This document shows, piece by piece, positions 41,145 to 53,720 of a stretch of 64,000 bases of DNA (the first letter of the stretch is position 1; each line of letters opens with the position of its first letter). The stretch is from an uncultured Gammaproteobacteria bacterium (lineage in GTDB: Bacteria > Pseudomonadota > Gammaproteobacteria > JAGOUU01). The stretch spans positions 839-64,838 of the forward strand of contig CAZSRF010000007.1 of assembly GCA_964609155.1 (NCBI GenBank), given 5' to 3'. Below the pieces are notes generated by a model. It ran no database searches. It was not told the origin of the DNA and saw nothing but the letters and a program-made list of their open reading frames with translations. The position numbers and the translations under genes were made by a program.

Positions 41145-41969
41145 TCAAGAAAACCAATGTGTCAGCATGGTACTATTAGCTAAAGAAAAGACTACTTCTA
41201 TCGCAATAAGTATAATAATAATTACCTCTAGTCTTGTGGAATGCTTATAATTTAACTCGTTAGATAAAATATGATATAACTCATGTATTGTATCTAATCT
41301 GTGATTTAAAATATTTTGTCTTATTTGAATATCTTGGAACTCTGCTGTCATTAGATACAGAGGCTCAAAACTTGGGCGGCGCCAAAAAAACTCCGGCGTA
41401 TCCAAAATATCACTATGTAAATTTACAGAATATCTTTCACTGAATAAAATACCAATCTGCTTAGAAATTTGTTTTTTTGATAAAGAAACACTACCTGTAT
41501 GAGCTAATTCTTTCTGTAACGGAGATGCTTGCTCTAAAAGATTAGAAACGGATTGTTCCAATGTGTTTAATTTTACAGACTGCGCCAATGCGTGCGAGAT
41601 TGATAATTTTATAAAAACTGAATCATCATTAAGAATAATCTCATTTTTTTCTTCATTGATAAAGGTCCTGGACTCACTATCATCACGCCTGTAGTAAATA
41701 AAATCACTTGATGGATTATTTAATTTGTCTATAGCATATTTATTAATTTGCTGAATTATTGCCTGCTCTTGCATTTCATCAGCCCCCCAAATCGTCACGC
41801 ACCCAAAAGGGAAAAAGAAAATATCTATATTAGATTCCATATATTTATTATCTTTCTGGACGTGAACAACGTCATCAAAATATTTAGGCTCAAGCCCAAT
41901 ATCACTCAGATGGGTAACAAAATCTTTTATATTGTATTCTGCAGCAGTACAGTAAGATGCACATCTCAT
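41145..41969 (-). CDS. RMD1/DUF155-family protein with a C-terminal TM helix
   Basis: It has a DUF155-like core with conserved HxL and acidic patches. The C-terminal hydrophobic segment is IIIILIAIEVVFSLA. Confidence 0.45.
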   Translation of the reverse strand: MRCASYCTAAEYNIKDFVTHLSDIGLEPKYFDDVVHVQKDNKYMESNIDIFFFPFGCVTIWGADEMQEQAIIQQINKYAIDKLNNPSSDFIYYRRDDSESRTFINEEKNEIILNDDSVFIKLSISHALAQSVKLNTLEQSVSNLLEQASPLQKELAHTGSVSLSKKQISKQIGILFSERYSVNLHSDILDTPEFFWRRPSFEPLYLMTAEFQDIQIRQNILNHRLDTIHELYHILSNELNYKHSTRLEVIIIILIAIEVVFSLANSTMLTHWFS

Positions 41970-42038
41970 ATTAATAATGTATATAATAACTCGTATCTTT
42001 ATGATATCTATTAAATAAATAAAGTCAAATTAAGCCGC

Positions 42039-43625
42039 TTACTCCCACTCTATAGTCGCAGGTGGCTTACTTGAAATATCATAAACAACTCGTGAAATAC
42101 CCGGAACTTCGTTTATTATTCTATTAGAAGCTCTAGCTAACAATTCATAGGGCAGTGGCGACCAATCTGCAGACATAAAATCATGAGTACTTACTGCCCT
42201 TAAAGCGACAACATAATCATAGCTTCTAGCATCTCCCAAAACTGCAACTGATTTTACAGGCATAAAAACGACAAAAGCCTGGCTGGTTTTATCATACCAA
42301 TCATATTCTCTTAAGATTTCAATAAAAATACGATCTGCCTGGCGTAATAAATTCAAATATTCCGGTTTAATTTCACCTAGTATTCTAACAGCAAGCCCTG
42401 GGCCTGGAAAAGGATGTCTGTATACCATGGCATAAGGGATATTCAGCTGCAATCCTATTTTTCTTATTTCATCTTTAAATAGCTCTTTAAAAGGCTCTAA
42501 TAATTTGAAGGGTAATTGTTCTGGTAACCCGCCAACATTATGATGAGATTTAATCACTGTTGCTTTACCAGTTTTAGATGCAGCTGATTCAATAACATCA
42601 GGATAAATAGTACCTTGTGCTAGCCATTTAATCTTATTATTCTTATTAATCTTTTTTGCTTCTGCAACAAAAACATCAATAAAAACATGACCAATAATTT
42701 TACGTTTTTCCTCAGGATCGCTAATGTTTTTTAAAGCGTTTAAGAATTGTTTTTGCGCATCTACTACAATAAGATTAATTTCGAATTGGTTTTTAAAAGT
42801 ATTAACTACTTCTGTGACTTCATTATGTCTTAGTAAACCATTATCTACTAGGACACACACTAATTGTTTACCTATCGCTTTATGCAGCAATAAAGCCAAA
42901 ACTGATGAGTCCACACCACCAGATAAACCAAGTAACACCTGATCATCTTTAACTTGCTCACGAATTTGTTTAACACTATCGTCTATAATATTATTTATTG
43001 TCCATGATTTACTGCATGTACAAATATTACAAATAAAATTGCTTAACAACACATTACCACATTCAGTATGTGTCACTTCCGGGTGGAACTGTAATCCATA
43101 ATATGGCTTAGCTACATGCGCCATAGCTGCTACAGAAGTATTTTCTGTAGTCGCTGTAACAATAAAATCTTTGGGTAATTTTGTGACTTTATCACCATGG
43201 CTCATCCAAACATGAGTATTATTAACAATGTGCTCAAATAGATTATATTGTGCTTTATTCGTATTTATTTGGTTATTTTGAATCTCTATAGGTGCATGCC
43301 CAAATTCACGATGCTCAGAACTCTCCACTTGTCCACCTAATTGTACAGCCATAGTTTGCATACCATAGCAAATTCCTAATATGGGGCAATTGAGCTCAAA
43401 AATAATTTTTGGCGCCCGATACGTATCATTACTAGTAACAGAAGCTGGTCCTCCTGATAAAATAATTCCTTTAGGATTAAAGGCTTTAATTAAATCATCT
43501 CCAACATCACAATGATAAATCTCACAATAGACACCCAGCTCTCGTACTCTGCGGGCTATTAATTGAGTAGTCTGCGAACCAAAATCTAAAATTAATATGT
43601 TATCCATATTTTTTATATGACTCAT
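42039..43625 (-). CDS. guaA: GMP synthase (glutamine-hydrolysing)
   Basis: The GATase domain has LGICYGMQ. The PP-loop is SGGVDSSV. The C-terminus is TIEWE. Confidence 0.9.
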   Translation of the reverse strand: MSHIKNMDNILILDFGSQTTQLIARRVRELGVYCEIYHCDVGDDLIKAFNPKGIILSGGPASVTSNDTYRAPKIIFELNCPILGICYGMQTMAVQLGGQVESSEHREFGHAPIEIQNNQINTNKAQYNLFEHIVNNTHVWMSHGDKVTKLPKDFIVTATTENTSVAAMAHVAKPYYGLQFHPEVTHTECGNVLLSNFICNICTCSKSWTINNIIDDSVKQIREQVKDDQVLLGLSGGVDSSVLALLLHKAIGKQLVCVLVDNGLLRHNEVTEVVNTFKNQFEINLIVVDAQKQFLNALKNISDPEEKRKIIGHVFIDVFVAEAKKINKNNKIKWLAQGTIYPDVIESAASKTGKATVIKSHHNVGGLPEQLPFKLLEPFKELFKDEIRKIGLQLNIPYAMVYRHPFPGPGLAVRILGEIKPEYLNLLRQADRIFIEILREYDWYDKTSQAFVVFMPVKSVAVLGDARSYDYVVALRAVSTHDFMSADWSPLPYELLARASNRIINEVPGISRVVYDISSKPPATIEWE

Positions 43626-43636
43626 TTTAATTAAAT

Positions 43637-45112
43637 CTAATCTTTCGTAAGCTGATAATTAGGTGGTTCTTTAGTTATAGTGACATCATGAACATGACTT
43701 TCCATCATGCCAGCACCAGTGATTTTTACAAATTTTGCAATATGTTGTAAGGTGGAAATATCCTTACTGCCCATATATCCCATACCTGATCGCAAACCAC
43801 CTACCAGTTGATGCAAAATAGCAACTACTGATCCCTTATATGGTACTCGACCTTCTATGCCCTCTGGGACAAGTTTCTCAGCACCACTGGAACTATCTTG
43901 AAAGTAACGATCGCTTGAGCCATCTTTTCTAACCATGGCCCCTAAAGATCCCATTCCCCTATATGATTTATAAGATCTGCCCTGAAATAATTCTACTTCT
44001 CCAGGCGCCTCTTCAGTACCCGCAAACATTCCACCCATCATAACAGTATCAGCACCCGCTGCAATGGCTTTGACTATATCTCCTGAATGTCTAATACCTC
44101 CATCTGCTATGACAGCAACACCTGTATTTTTTAATGCCTTACTTACATTACTGATTGCTGTGATCTGAGGAACGCCAACGCCAGCTATAATTCTAGTCGT
44201 ACAAATAGATCCCGGACCAATGCCTACTTTTACAGCATCAACTCCTGCTTTATAAAGCGCCTTTGCAGCTTCCGCAGTAGCTATATTACCAGCGATTACT
44301 TGAAGATTAGGATATTTTTTCTTAACCCAAGTAACTCTATCAATAACACCTTGTGAATGGCCATGAGCTGTATCCACCACTAAAACATCCACTCCCGCAG
44401 ATACCAAGGCAGCAACACGTTCTTCAGTATCTCCGCCTACACCCACGGCAGCTCCAACTAGTAAACGACCTAAGTCATCTTTTGAAGCATTAGGCTTTTC
44501 TTTTTCTTTTAAAATATCTCTAACCGTAATTAAACCCACTAGTTCAAAATTGTTATTTACCATTAAAATTTTTTCAATACGATGTTGATGCAATAAATTT
44601 AACACTGTTTCTCTCGTCGCTTCACCTTCTTTTACAGTAACTAATTTACTTTTAGGTGTCATAATGTTCGCAACAGGTTGTTCTAAGTTAGTTTCGAAAC
44701 GCATATCTCTATTTGTTACTATACCAACTACTTTATTGTTCTCAATGACAGGAACGCCCGAAAAATTATGCTTTTTAGTTAAAGCTAGAAGCTCCGCCAC
44801 CGTTGCTGTAGGCGAAATCGTAATAGCGTCTTTTACAACCCCACTTTCATATTTTTTAACTTGATTGACCTCAGCAGCTTGTCGCTCTATGGACATACTT
44901 TTGTGAATAATACCAATACCGCCTTCTTTGGCTAATGCAATTGCTAACTTAAACTCTGTCACTGTATCCATAGCAGCTGATAAAACAGGTATATTAATAT
45001 TAATTTTTTTTGTTAACTTTGAGTTAGTATTAACATCGCGAGGTAATACTTCTGAATGTAATGGAATTAAAGAGACATCATCAAAGGTAAAAGCTTCTTC
45101 TATAATCTGCAT
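43637..45112 (-). CDS. guaB: IMP dehydrogenase
   Basis: Tandem CBS domains and the catalytic [11 protein letters not shown] are present. Confidence 0.9.
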   Translation of the reverse strand: MQIIEEAFTFDDVSLIPLHSEVLPRDVNTNSKLTKKININIPVLSAAMDTVTEFKLAIALAKEGGIGIIHKSMSIERQAAEVNQVKKYESGVVKDAITISPTATVAELLALTKKHNFSGVPVIENNKVVGIVTNRDMRFETNLEQPVANIMTPKSKLVTVKEGEATRETVLNLLHQHRIEKILMVNNNFELVGLITVRDILKEKEKPNASKDDLGRLLVGAAVGVGGDTEERVAALVSAGVDVLVVDTAHGHSQGVIDRVTWVKKKYPNLQVIAGNIATAEAAKALYKAGVDAVKVGIGPGSICTTRIIAGVGVPQITAISNVSKALKNTGVAVIADGGIRHSGDIVKAIAAGADTVMMGGMFAGTEEAPGEVELFQGRSYKSYRGMGSLGAMVRKDGSSDRYFQDSSSGAEKLVPEGIEGRVPYKGSVVAILHQLVGGLRSGMGYMGSKDISTLQHIAKFVKITGAGMMESHVHDVTITKEPPNYQLTKD

Positions 45113-45188
45113 AGTATAAAACCCAAATGTAATTTGTAGGCCATTATAGAGAATATTTTCTCTCTTATCAAAACTTAGATTGTTTGAT

Positions 45189-48100
45189 TTACTGCATCCT
45201 TTCTTCTGTAAACATCTTGCTGTCTTCCTTTTCTTTAGGCAGATCTTTCAACCAACTAAGCTCTATTAGACTCCCTCGCTTATTCTTAAGTTTCTTTACT
45301 TTAGGATCTCTCCATGCGCCTGTAATAGAATAAGCACGCTCAGATATTTGATCAACTGGGGACTCTAGTATTTTATCTACTAAAAACACTACAGCCCCTG
45401 CAACTGGCGTACCTACAACGGCCGCGGCAACAGGCAATCCGCTGGTAACATGAGGTGTTATATCAGCTTTCATATCATAAGTTTTTTCAATAATATTTAC
45501 CCCCCCGTATAATTCAACATCCGCCGATCCTGCTGCAAGCTTAGCTTTTGTTGTAGTTAATATACCATTTTTTAACGTAAATTTTCCACGCAAATCATCA
45601 AACTTAAATCCTGGTTCAAAAACATCAGAAAAATCTAATCGTAGGCGCTTTTCCAATGAACCCAAATTAAAGAACCCAAACAATCTCCCAATCCCTAGCT
45701 CTACATCATAGATTTTGCCATACCCTGAGTCTATTGTTAACTCTCCACCAGCTATACTCATATCAAAATCTAATAGATTCTTAGGCCAAGAAATATTGTA
45801 GTGACCATCAAATTTGATTTTTTCTCGAAAAACAACATCATCAAATACACTAACTACTTTCGGTAAATTTTTAATTTTATACGTCCCCTGTATCTTAGAC
45901 TCACCATCTACAATATATTCTGCCTTTAAATTTAAATTTAAATTTTGACCATTGAGCGAACTATTGCTAACGATAAATTTCTTTTCTTTTTTCTCTACTT
46001 TCGTATTTACCAGCAACTTGCCCAAATCTACATTATTGTAATTAAAATTATCTATCTTCAATACTATATTAGGAAAATTAAGAAACTCTTTATTTTGCAA
46101 AGTAAATGGCTCTCGTTTAGGGTTATCATCTTGATATAAAATAAGTTTATTTAAATCTGCAAATATTGCTTCTACATCTTCGTTTTTATTTTTAATAAAA
46201 TTAACATTACCTATTATATCATCCGTATCTATAGCTATAGATGAGAGCTTTGGAGAATTAAAATAAGAAAAACTACTTATTTTGTGACTCTTTTGCTTAA
46301 GACTCGTACTCCCATTAGAATGGTGAACTGTTAAGTTACTAACATGCTTGAAAGCATCTTCTTGCATAATTAATTTTACAACTAATTTTTGCTGAGGCTT
46401 TTTATTAAATGCACTATTAAACCATGTCTTGGGTAAATTAATAGCAACTCCATCTAACTCAGAATTAGCTCTTATCGTTAAATCCTTACCTTTTTGTTTC
46501 AAATTAAAAATAAATGGGGTTATACCGGTAATATATTTATCAGAAATGAGGTTGAAATATTTATTCAAATTATCAAAATCGAACCATCCTGTTAAATTTA
46601 GACTTAATCCTTTTTTATTGTTTTGATCTAAATTCAAGTTAATTTTCGCTTCTTTGTTATTAAAAGAAGATCTAATATTATCTCCAGATACTCCATGATC
46701 AGTAAAAAATAATTTACCAGTTAAATCATTAAACACAAATGGTGTATCTTTGATTTCTAATTTATTCTTCAAAAACCCTAAATTACCTGCTATAGCCATT
46801 TTTTTATAATCAAGCAAAGGTATGGATAAATTTAATGAAAGATCCATAGGGCCAAAAAATTTTGTAACATTAGTGACAACACCGATACTCGTATTAAGTG
46901 GCGTATGTTGAATAATATGAACTAAGTCTTCACTTGTTGTTTTAATCTCGCTTTCCAGTTGCAAGGTATATGCTGATGCTATATTATCTATTCCTAATCC
47001 CGGAATTTTCACAGAAATATTGTTAATACTACTATTACTAATCTTTGCATCAGTAGATGCTATATTTAGCTCTCTTCCACGCAACAATAATACAGCATTC
47101 ATATCATAAATTTTTGGCCAAACTTTGCTATAATCTACGTTGACATTTAACAACTCTGCTCTCAATAAAAATACGCCTTCAGGCTTATCATATTGACTAT
47201 CATAGGGGAAACTAGCGTTAAGGTTACCTCGCCACAGAATTCTTGCATCTCCTATTTGCCCAGACTCCACATGGTTTTTCAGCCAGTTACCAGTATCATT
47301 TTCTAGTAAATAAACTGGCAAATGAGAAATAAATTTTTTGATGTCAACATATCCAAATTCTATGTTACTGGTAATCTGCAAATTCTCTTTCTTACCTTCG
47401 CGCAGCACATCAGCTTTTACAATAAAATTTGAACCAGCTAAGTTTACTCTAACATCATCCAGCTTAAGATGAAATTTATCAAAAAAATTAAATTTACTTT
47501 TGTTAGAGTATGTAAGATCACCATGTATTTCTTTTAGTTCTAAGACTTTATCCACGTCTAAAACTATTTTAATTTGTGGTGAATCTACATGTATCTGTAG
47601 ATCTGGTGACAATTCTAAATTTTCAATATCTGTATTCTTAAGGCTACCCCATATTTTTAACAAAGTATTGGGATGAAAATTTATTGCCTTTAATCGATTG
47701 CTGTCAATTAATTTTTTTGTGATAAATGTGTATAATTGGCAACTGTTTGTAGCAAAATAAAACTGATGATCTGCCCTAGAAATATTTTCTACATTTGCTT
47801 TATTATATCTAGCCGCAAACTCAAGTTTTTCTAATGATTCTGGCAATAATAATGAAGTGTATAATGACAGATAATATTTACTATTATGAATCTTTAGTTT
47901 ATCTAATCTATATTGATTAAAACTAATATTTTTCAACCTAAAATTTTGGATAAAAAACTTATTCTGATCACGCAGATCGTTAATATATTTTCTTATAATA
48001 TCTTCAGGATTTTTTGTGAAACTTGAGTCTTTTGCTATCTCCTGGTTAAAAATTAATTTTCCATCTTCTATACTTACTTGATCAACAACAAGCTTACCGA

Positions 48101-48452
48101 ATAAGATAGTTTTCATGGGATGCATCAATATTTTAACATCAGAAACCTCAATACTTTCTTCAGGCTTTAAAGATAAATCATTAATAGCTTTATTTTTAAG
48201 AACAACATCACTCGCCTGAATGTATATTTTAAGGCCGTGCCAACTGGCCGTAATTTTAGGGATATTAATATGATAGTCTGTTGATTTTTCTATATAACTT
48301 ATGATTTCTTGCTTATAGCTTGGAATGATGCTTACTATAATTGCACACATCCCGTAAAAACCTAGGATAATAATAAATAATGCACACAACAGTTTATAGA
48401 TAACTGTTTTTATTTTATAAATATTGTCAATTATTTTAAACATAACTAACAT
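45189..48452 (-). CDS. Large YhdP/AsmA-like family envelope protein (N-terminal TM anchor)
   Basis: It is 1087 aa with an N-terminal TM anchor and a long Asn/Lys-rich beta-rich body. The C-terminal motif is [11 protein letters not shown], as in the YhdP family. Confidence 0.5.
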   Translation of the reverse strand: MLVMFKIIDNIYKIKTVIYKLLCALFIIILGFYGMCAIIVSIIPSYKQEIISYIEKSTDYHINIPKITASWHGLKIYIQASDVVLKNKAINDLSLKPEESIEVSDVKILMHPMKTILFGKLVVDQVSIEDGKLIFNQEIAKDSSFTKNPEDIIRKYINDLRDQNKFFIQNFRLKNISFNQYRLDKLKIHNSKYYLSLYTSLLLPESLEKLEFAARYNKANVENISRADHQFYFATNSCQLYTFITKKLIDSNRLKAINFHPNTLLKIWGSLKNTDIENLELSPDLQIHVDSPQIKIVLDVDKVLELKEIHGDLTYSNKSKFNFFDKFHLKLDDVRVNLAGSNFIVKADVLREGKKENLQITSNIEFGYVDIKKFISHLPVYLLENDTGNWLKNHVESGQIGDARILWRGNLNASFPYDSQYDKPEGVFLLRAELLNVNVDYSKVWPKIYDMNAVLLLRGRELNIASTDAKISNSSINNISVKIPGLGIDNIASAYTLQLESEIKTTSEDLVHIIQHTPLNTSIGVVTNVTKFFGPMDLSLNLSIPLLDYKKMAIAGNLGFLKNKLEIKDTPFVFNDLTGKLFFTDHGVSGDNIRSSFNNKEAKINLNLDQNNKKGLSLNLTGWFDFDNLNKYFNLISDKYITGITPFIFNLKQKGKDLTIRANSELDGVAINLPKTWFNSAFNKKPQQKLVVKLIMQEDAFKHVSNLTVHHSNGSTSLKQKSHKISSFSYFNSPKLSSIAIDTDDIIGNVNFIKNKNEDVEAIFADLNKLILYQDDNPKREPFTLQNKEFLNFPNIVLKIDNFNYNNVDLGKLLVNTKVEKKEKKFIVSNSSLNGQNLNLNLKAEYIVDGESKIQGTYKIKNLPKVVSVFDDVVFREKIKFDGHYNISWPKNLLDFDMSIAGGELTIDSGYGKIYDVELGIGRLFGFFNLGSLEKRLRLDFSDVFEPGFKFDDLRGKFTLKNGILTTTKAKLAAGSADVELYGGVNIIEKTYDMKADITPHVTSGLPVAAAVVGTPVAGAVVFLVDKILESPVDQISERAYSITGAWRDPKVKKLKNKRGSLIELSWLKDLPKEKEDSKMFTEERMQ

Positions 48453-48543
48453 CCTAGCATTATTTTATAAGCATGCACAGCGTTTATTATATTATTAAAT
48501 ATACACTATACATGATAAACTATAGAGCATTACATTGCTATGC

Positions 48544-49026
48544 TTATCGCTTAGCTTTAAAAAAATCTTTTAACAATCTTGAGCATTCCTCAGACAAGAT
48601 ATTGCCTATAATATCTATCTGATGATTAACAAGGTATATTTTAGATAAATCAATCAACCCACCAATACTCCCTGTTTTTGGATCAGTTGCTCCAAAATAT
48701 AATTTTTTAACTCTTGCATGCAATAACGCACCTAGACACATCATACAAGGTTCCAGTGTTACATAAATCTCACAATCAATTAATCTATAATTATTTAACT
48801 TTTTACTAGCAGCGCGCATACACTCAATTTCAGCATGAGCAGTGGGATCACAAGATACAATATTGCTATTAAAAGCTTTTGCGATTAAAGCATTATTTTT
48901 CACAATAACAGCTCCAACAGGAACATCACCTTTGGATTCTGCAATCTTTGCTTGCTCTAAAGCTACAGTCATCCAATACTCAGGATGATTGCCTGTGGAA
49001 GACATATTAGCTGAATTTTCTACCAT
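48544..49026 (-). CDS. tadA: tRNA adenosine(34) deaminase
   Basis: HAEIECM ... LEPCMMCLGAL is present. Confidence 0.85.
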   Translation of the reverse strand: MVENSANMSSTGNHPEYWMTVALEQAKIAESKGDVPVGAVIVKNNALIAKAFNSNIVSCDPTAHAEIECMRAASKKLNNYRLIDCEIYVTLEPCMMCLGALLHARVKKLYFGATDPKTGSIGGLIDLSKIYLVNHQIDIIGNILSEECSRLLKDFFKAKR

Positions 49027-49063
49027 AGACTAATAGACCTACAATATACTAACACTTAACTGT

Positions 49064-49987
49064 CTATGGCAGATAATCAACTTGTCTCTTTGCTGGTAAC
49101 AAATCTGATTTATTTAATCCAAGCACTAATGCTAAAGCACCTGCTATATAAATAGAAGAATAAGTACCAACTAATATGCCTATACATAATGATAATGAAA
49201 AACCATGAAGAGTGGGGCCACCGAAAATCAATAGGGCAATAACAACCAAAAGAGTTAAACCAGATGTCATAATTGTTCTGGATAGTGTTTGATTTATAGA
49301 TAGATTAATAACCTCTAATGGGGTTGCTTTTCTTAACTTAATGAAATTTTCTTTCACTCTATCAAACACAACAATTGTATCATTCAAAGAATACCCAATA
49401 ACTGCAAGGATACCAGCTAGTGTAGTCAAATCGAATTCGACTTGAAACAATGAGAATAACAATAAAATCACTATAGGATCGTGGGCTAAAGCAACCGCTG
49501 CTGCAATAGCAAACCTCTTTTCAAAACGCATTGCAATATAGATCATTGTAGCTACTAATGCCACAAGAATAGCCAAGCTCCCTTGTTCTGCCAATTCAGC
49601 TCCAACTTGTGCACCTATAGCATCTACTCTACGCAACTCAACCTTATCGCCTGTAGAGGTTAATAACTTTATTATATTTTCCGCAACTACTTTTTCATTG
49701 ACATCTTTTCTTGCTGCTAACCGTATAATAACTTCTTTTGGTGAACCAAAACTTTGAACTACTGCTTCAGAATAATCTGTTTTTAATCTGTTTCTAATTT
49801 CCGTTAATGGCGCGTCTTGCTCATAACCTAATTCAACAACAATACCACCTGTAAAATCTAAACTCCAATTTATTCCTTTAAGATATATGCTAACAAAAGA
49901 AGCTATTATCAATATCCCTGATACAATAGCTGTCAGACCTCTAATACGCATGAAGTCAATTCTTGTGGTTTTTGGGAAAAACTCCAT
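49064..49987 (-). CDS. secF: Protein translocase subunit SecF
   Basis: It has a 6-TM SecD/SecF core. The protein begins MEFFPKTTRIDFMRIRG. Confidence 0.85.
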   Translation of the reverse strand: MEFFPKTTRIDFMRIRGLTAIVSGILIIASFVSIYLKGINWSLDFTGGIVVELGYEQDAPLTEIRNRLKTDYSEAVVQSFGSPKEVIIRLAARKDVNEKVVAENIIKLLTSTGDKVELRRVDAIGAQVGAELAEQGSLAILVALVATMIYIAMRFEKRFAIAAAVALAHDPIVILLLFSLFQVEFDLTTLAGILAVIGYSLNDTIVVFDRVKENFIKLRKATPLEVINLSINQTLSRTIMTSGLTLLVVIALLIFGGPTLHGFSLSLCIGILVGTYSSIYIAGALALVLGLNKSDLLPAKRQVDYLP

Positions 49988-50010
49988 GATTACTCCTAAT
50001 TTAATTAATT

Positions 50011-51960
50011 TTAAATCCCTATTGGTAACTTAGACAATCTTCTATCACCATACACTAAATTAACAATTGCTCTGGAACCTGTGATAGCAGTGAACATTGA
50101 GGTTAAAAGACCAATAGTTAAGACTAAAGCAAAGCCTTTTACAGCACCTGATCCAATGCTAAACAATACGATAGCTGCAATTAACGTTGTAACATTAGAG
50201 TCAATAATGGTAGAAAGAGCTTTATCATAACCTGCTTTAATGCTTGCCTGTATAGGAGTACCCAGTCTTAATTCTTCTCTGATACGCTCAAAAATTAAAA
50301 CATTTGCATCCACGGCCATACCTAAAGTTAAAACAATACCAGCAATACCAGGTAGTGTCATTGTAACACCAATTAAAGAGCATACTGCCACTAGTAATAC
50401 TAAATTCATAAATAATGCCATATTAGCAATTATGCCAAAAACTCTGTAGTATAGAATCATAAATAATACAACAAACATCAAGCCATAGATTACAGAGTTC
50501 AGCCCCATAGCGATATTGTCTTTACCAAGACTAGGGCCAATCGTCCGTTCAGAAACGATATGAACAGGTGCAGGCAAAGCACCTGCACGAAGTAATAATG
50601 CTAAGTTTTTAGCTTCTTGCATCGACTGCAATCCTGTGATTTGGAAACGTTTACCTAAAGCGGTTGTAATAGTTGCAATCGAAATAATCTCTTTAGTAAT
50701 TTCTTTAGAAACTTTAACCTCACCACCCTTATCATCAGGCGTCTCTTTCATTCTGGTTTCAACATAGACTGTAGCCATTGGCTTACCCTGATTCTCGAGC
50801 GTAACTTGACTAAATTTTCTTATAGAAGCTGAACTCCCACTTAAAGTGATAACTACTGATGGTCGGCTATTTTGGGGATCAACATCAGCATAGGCGGTTA
50901 CAATAGATTCTCCAGTTATAATAACATCATTTTTAACAGCCTCTTTGTAGCCATTACTTTGCATGGGTAACATAACATAACCAACAGGTACTGAAGAACC
51001 ATAATCTCTACCAGCATAGGCTAAACGAAATTCAACAGTTGCAGTTTTGCCTATAATGTCTTTAGCACGAGCTGTATCCTGTATCCCAGGTAATTCCACA
51101 ACAACTCGGTTAGTCCCTTGTCTTTGAACAATAGCCTCAGCTACCCCCAATTCATTGACACGCTTACGCAACGTAATAATACTTTGCTCCATTGCATAAT
51201 TTCTTATTTTAGTTTTTTCTGTATCAGAAAACTTTAAGACGAGAACGTTATTATCTTTGTCATTTGCTTTAGAAATGACCAAGTGAGAAAATTGTTTTTG
51301 CAATAAAATACTTGCGTTATCTAGATCTTCGACTGTTTTTAATCGCACTAGTATCGCTGTATCATCTGCTGTATCTGCTACAGTAACAGGGCTTTCTGTA
51401 CCAACATTATCTGAATTGAGATTAGAGTTAGAGCTAGACTTTAACGTCACTCCTCTATAGCGGATATTCTCTTCTCTTAATTGTTTTCTGATCTCCTCAA
51501 TATCACTTTCTATGTAGCGAGTCAAAGCTGCCTTAGTGTCAACTTCCATTAAGAAATGTACACCACCACGCAAATCTAAACCCAATTTCATAGGCTCAGC
51601 TCCGATGCTTGTCAACCACTTAGGCGTCGCAGGAGCTATATTTAGAGCAACTATGTAATTATCACCTAAGGTTGCTTTGACCCATGTCTTTGCTGTTAAT
51701 TGAGACTCAGAATCGTTCAACCGTATTAAGAGACCGTTATCTTGCTTCTCAATACTTTTGTAAACAATACTTTTTTGAGCTAAAACTGTTTCCACTTGTT
51801 CCTGCATTTCAACAAGCTGCTCAGGGGCGATTCCTTTGCTAGAACTTACCTGTAAAGCATAATCTTCGCCAAACAAGTTAGGCAATGAGTACAATGCACC
51901 TAATATGACTATAAATAATACTAACAAATTTTTCCAAAGAGGGTATTTATTCATAGCCAT
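50011..51960 (-). CDS. secD: Protein translocase subunit SecD
   Basis: It is 649 aa with a large periplasmic domain and a C-terminal 6-TM bundle. It lies upstream of secF. Confidence 0.85.
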   Translation of the reverse strand: MAMNKYPLWKNLLVLFIVILGALYSLPNLFGEDYALQVSSSKGIAPEQLVEMQEQVETVLAQKSIVYKSIEKQDNGLLIRLNDSESQLTAKTWVKATLGDNYIVALNIAPATPKWLTSIGAEPMKLGLDLRGGVHFLMEVDTKAALTRYIESDIEEIRKQLREENIRYRGVTLKSSSNSNLNSDNVGTESPVTVADTADDTAILVRLKTVEDLDNASILLQKQFSHLVISKANDKDNNVLVLKFSDTEKTKIRNYAMEQSIITLRKRVNELGVAEAIVQRQGTNRVVVELPGIQDTARAKDIIGKTATVEFRLAYAGRDYGSSVPVGYVMLPMQSNGYKEAVKNDVIITGESIVTAYADVDPQNSRPSVVITLSGSSASIRKFSQVTLENQGKPMATVYVETRMKETPDDKGGEVKVSKEITKEIISIATITTALGKRFQITGLQSMQEAKNLALLLRAGALPAPVHIVSERTIGPSLGKDNIAMGLNSVIYGLMFVVLFMILYYRVFGIIANMALFMNLVLLVAVCSLIGVTMTLPGIAGIVLTLGMAVDANVLIFERIREELRLGTPIQASIKAGYDKALSTIIDSNVTTLIAAIVLFSIGSGAVKGFALVLTIGLLTSMFTAITGSRAIVNLVYGDRRLSKLPIGI

Positions 51961-52017
51961 GTTATATTCTTCCTAAACATTTATCTACAGATTATATATA
52001 CTTATTTCCTAAGAGTA

Positions 52018-52341
52018 TCAAATAGACTTTAAAGTTCCCTTGGGCAATACACTACGGATGTGACTTTTTTGCATCTTAATCTCGACATTATCTGCAATAT
52101 TGAGAATAATATAATCGTCTTTTAACCTCACTATTTTACCCATTATTCCAGAGTAAGTGATTACCTCATCATTTTTATCAAGTTTACTGATAAGATTGTT
52201 TTGTTCTTGTTCTTTTTTTTGCCTAGGACGGATAGAAAGAAAATAAAATACCAAAAAAAAGCTAGCCATTAAAATCAGCAGAGAAAAATTACTCGCTTGA
52301 CTTTGCGCAACATCAGATGCTGCATATGCAGTTGGAAACAT
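52018..52341 (-). CDS. yajC: Preprotein translocase subunit YajC
   Basis: FYFLSIRPRQKKEQE...GDEVITYSGIMGKIV is present. Confidence 0.8.
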   Translation of the reverse strand: MFPTAYAASDVAQSQASNFSLLILMASFFLVFYFLSIRPRQKKEQEQNNLISKLDKNDEVITYSGIMGKIVRLKDDYIILNIADNVEIKMQKSHIRSVLPKGTLKSI

Positions 52342-52436
52342 TTCGTACCTCTTATAAATTTATTACAATTATTCTAATATGTTTTAATATGCCTTTTAAG
52401 CAATGTAATTTCGTCTATTATATACAACTCTATTTT

Positions 52437-53537
52437 TTAATCTAGACGATCTAACCACATCGCATCACCATAAGAATAAAATCTATATTTATTCTCAATG
52501 GCCTGTTGGTAATAATACCCAATATTATCTAAGCCAGCAAAGGCACTCACTAGCATCATTAAAGTAGAACCTGGCAGGTGAAAATTTGTCACCAGAGAAT
52601 CGACTATTTTAAATTTATAGCCTGGATAGATAAAAATATCTGTCTCACCCGTGATATCTTTAATCCCTGTAGACTGCTCTTTATTTGCTGCCTGATTATA
52701 AGCAACAAGATTTAAATCTGTATGATTTAAAATAACATCTGCGACTGATTCTAAACATCGTAGACTTGTGGTTCCTACAGCTACTATTTTATTTTTATTT
52801 TTTTGCACTCTTAAGATACTCTCAATAGTATCTGCTTTGATTTCATACACTTCACTGTGCATTTTGTGCTCTAAAATATTTTCTGTTCGGACTGGCTGAA
52901 ATGTTCCTGATCCCACGTGTAAAGTCACGTACTTAATTTCTATACCTTTTGCTTTAATCAAAGCTAATAATTCTTGATCAAAATGCAAACCAGCCGTGGG
53001 TGCTGCAACTGCCCCATCATTCTTAGCATAGACTGTCTGATAGCGCTCTTGATCTTCTATAGATAAATTTCTATTTATATAAGGCGGTAATGGTAAATGA
53101 CCATGTTTATTTAATAACTCTATCCATACATTATCCTTGTTTAATTTAATTAAAAACAAGTTGTCTTGCTTTTCAATGACTGTAATACTGTAGTTGTTAT
53201 CTATATTGACAACCAATCCAGGTTTAGGTGATTTATTAGCTTTTATATAAACTAGAGCTAAATTATTCTCCTGAATCCGTTCTAATAAAAACTCTATTTT
53301 AGCTCCTGTTAGTTTATGCCCATAGAATCTAGCTGGCAATACTTTGGTATTGTTTAACACCAATAAGTCACCTGGATTTAAGAGCTCTATAATATTTTTG
53401 AAATATGAATGGCTAATTTTATCGATGTTATCTCTATGATTCTCACATATCATCAGCCTACTCCCTGTACGATTAGGCGAAGGGAACTTTGCTATTAGTT
53501 CCTCAGGAAGCTCATAAGAAAATTGAGACAAGTGCAT
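52437..53537 (-). CDS. queA: S-adenosylmethionine:tRNA ribosyltransferase-isomerase
   Basis: The protein begins MHLSQFSYELPEELIAKFP and contains GHLPLPPYI. Confidence 0.85.
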   Translation of the reverse strand: MHLSQFSYELPEELIAKFPSPNRTGSRLMICENHRDNIDKISHSYFKNIIELLNPGDLLVLNNTKVLPARFYGHKLTGAKIEFLLERIQENNLALVYIKANKSPKPGLVVNIDNNYSITVIEKQDNLFLIKLNKDNVWIELLNKHGHLPLPPYINRNLSIEDQERYQTVYAKNDGAVAAPTAGLHFDQELLALIKAKGIEIKYVTLHVGSGTFQPVRTENILEHKMHSEVYEIKADTIESILRVQKNKNKIVAVGTTSLRCLESVADVILNHTDLNLVAYNQAANKEQSTGIKDITGETDIFIYPGYKFKIVDSLVTNFHLPGSTLMMLVSAFAGLDNIGYYYQQAIENKYRFYSYGDAMWLDRLD

Positions 53538-53667
53538 GTTCTAGCAGACTGATTAATATTAATAAAGCAAGATCTTATCATATCCTAACTAATATGCACT
53601 ATTAGTTTAAAATAAATCCTTACGAGTAATCTCTAAATTTGCCTCACCACCAACCTAATTTTAACAA

Positions 53668-53682
53668 TTTCTATGTTATAAT
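53668..53682 (+). promoter_or_regulatory. Candidate extended -10 promoter (TGtTATAAT) upstream of leuS
   Basis: tgttataat at 53674-53682 lies about 40 nt upstream of the leuS ATG. Confidence 0.3.
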
Positions 53683-53720
53683 GCCCAAATCACTGAGATA
53701 TAAGTAATAAAATATATACT

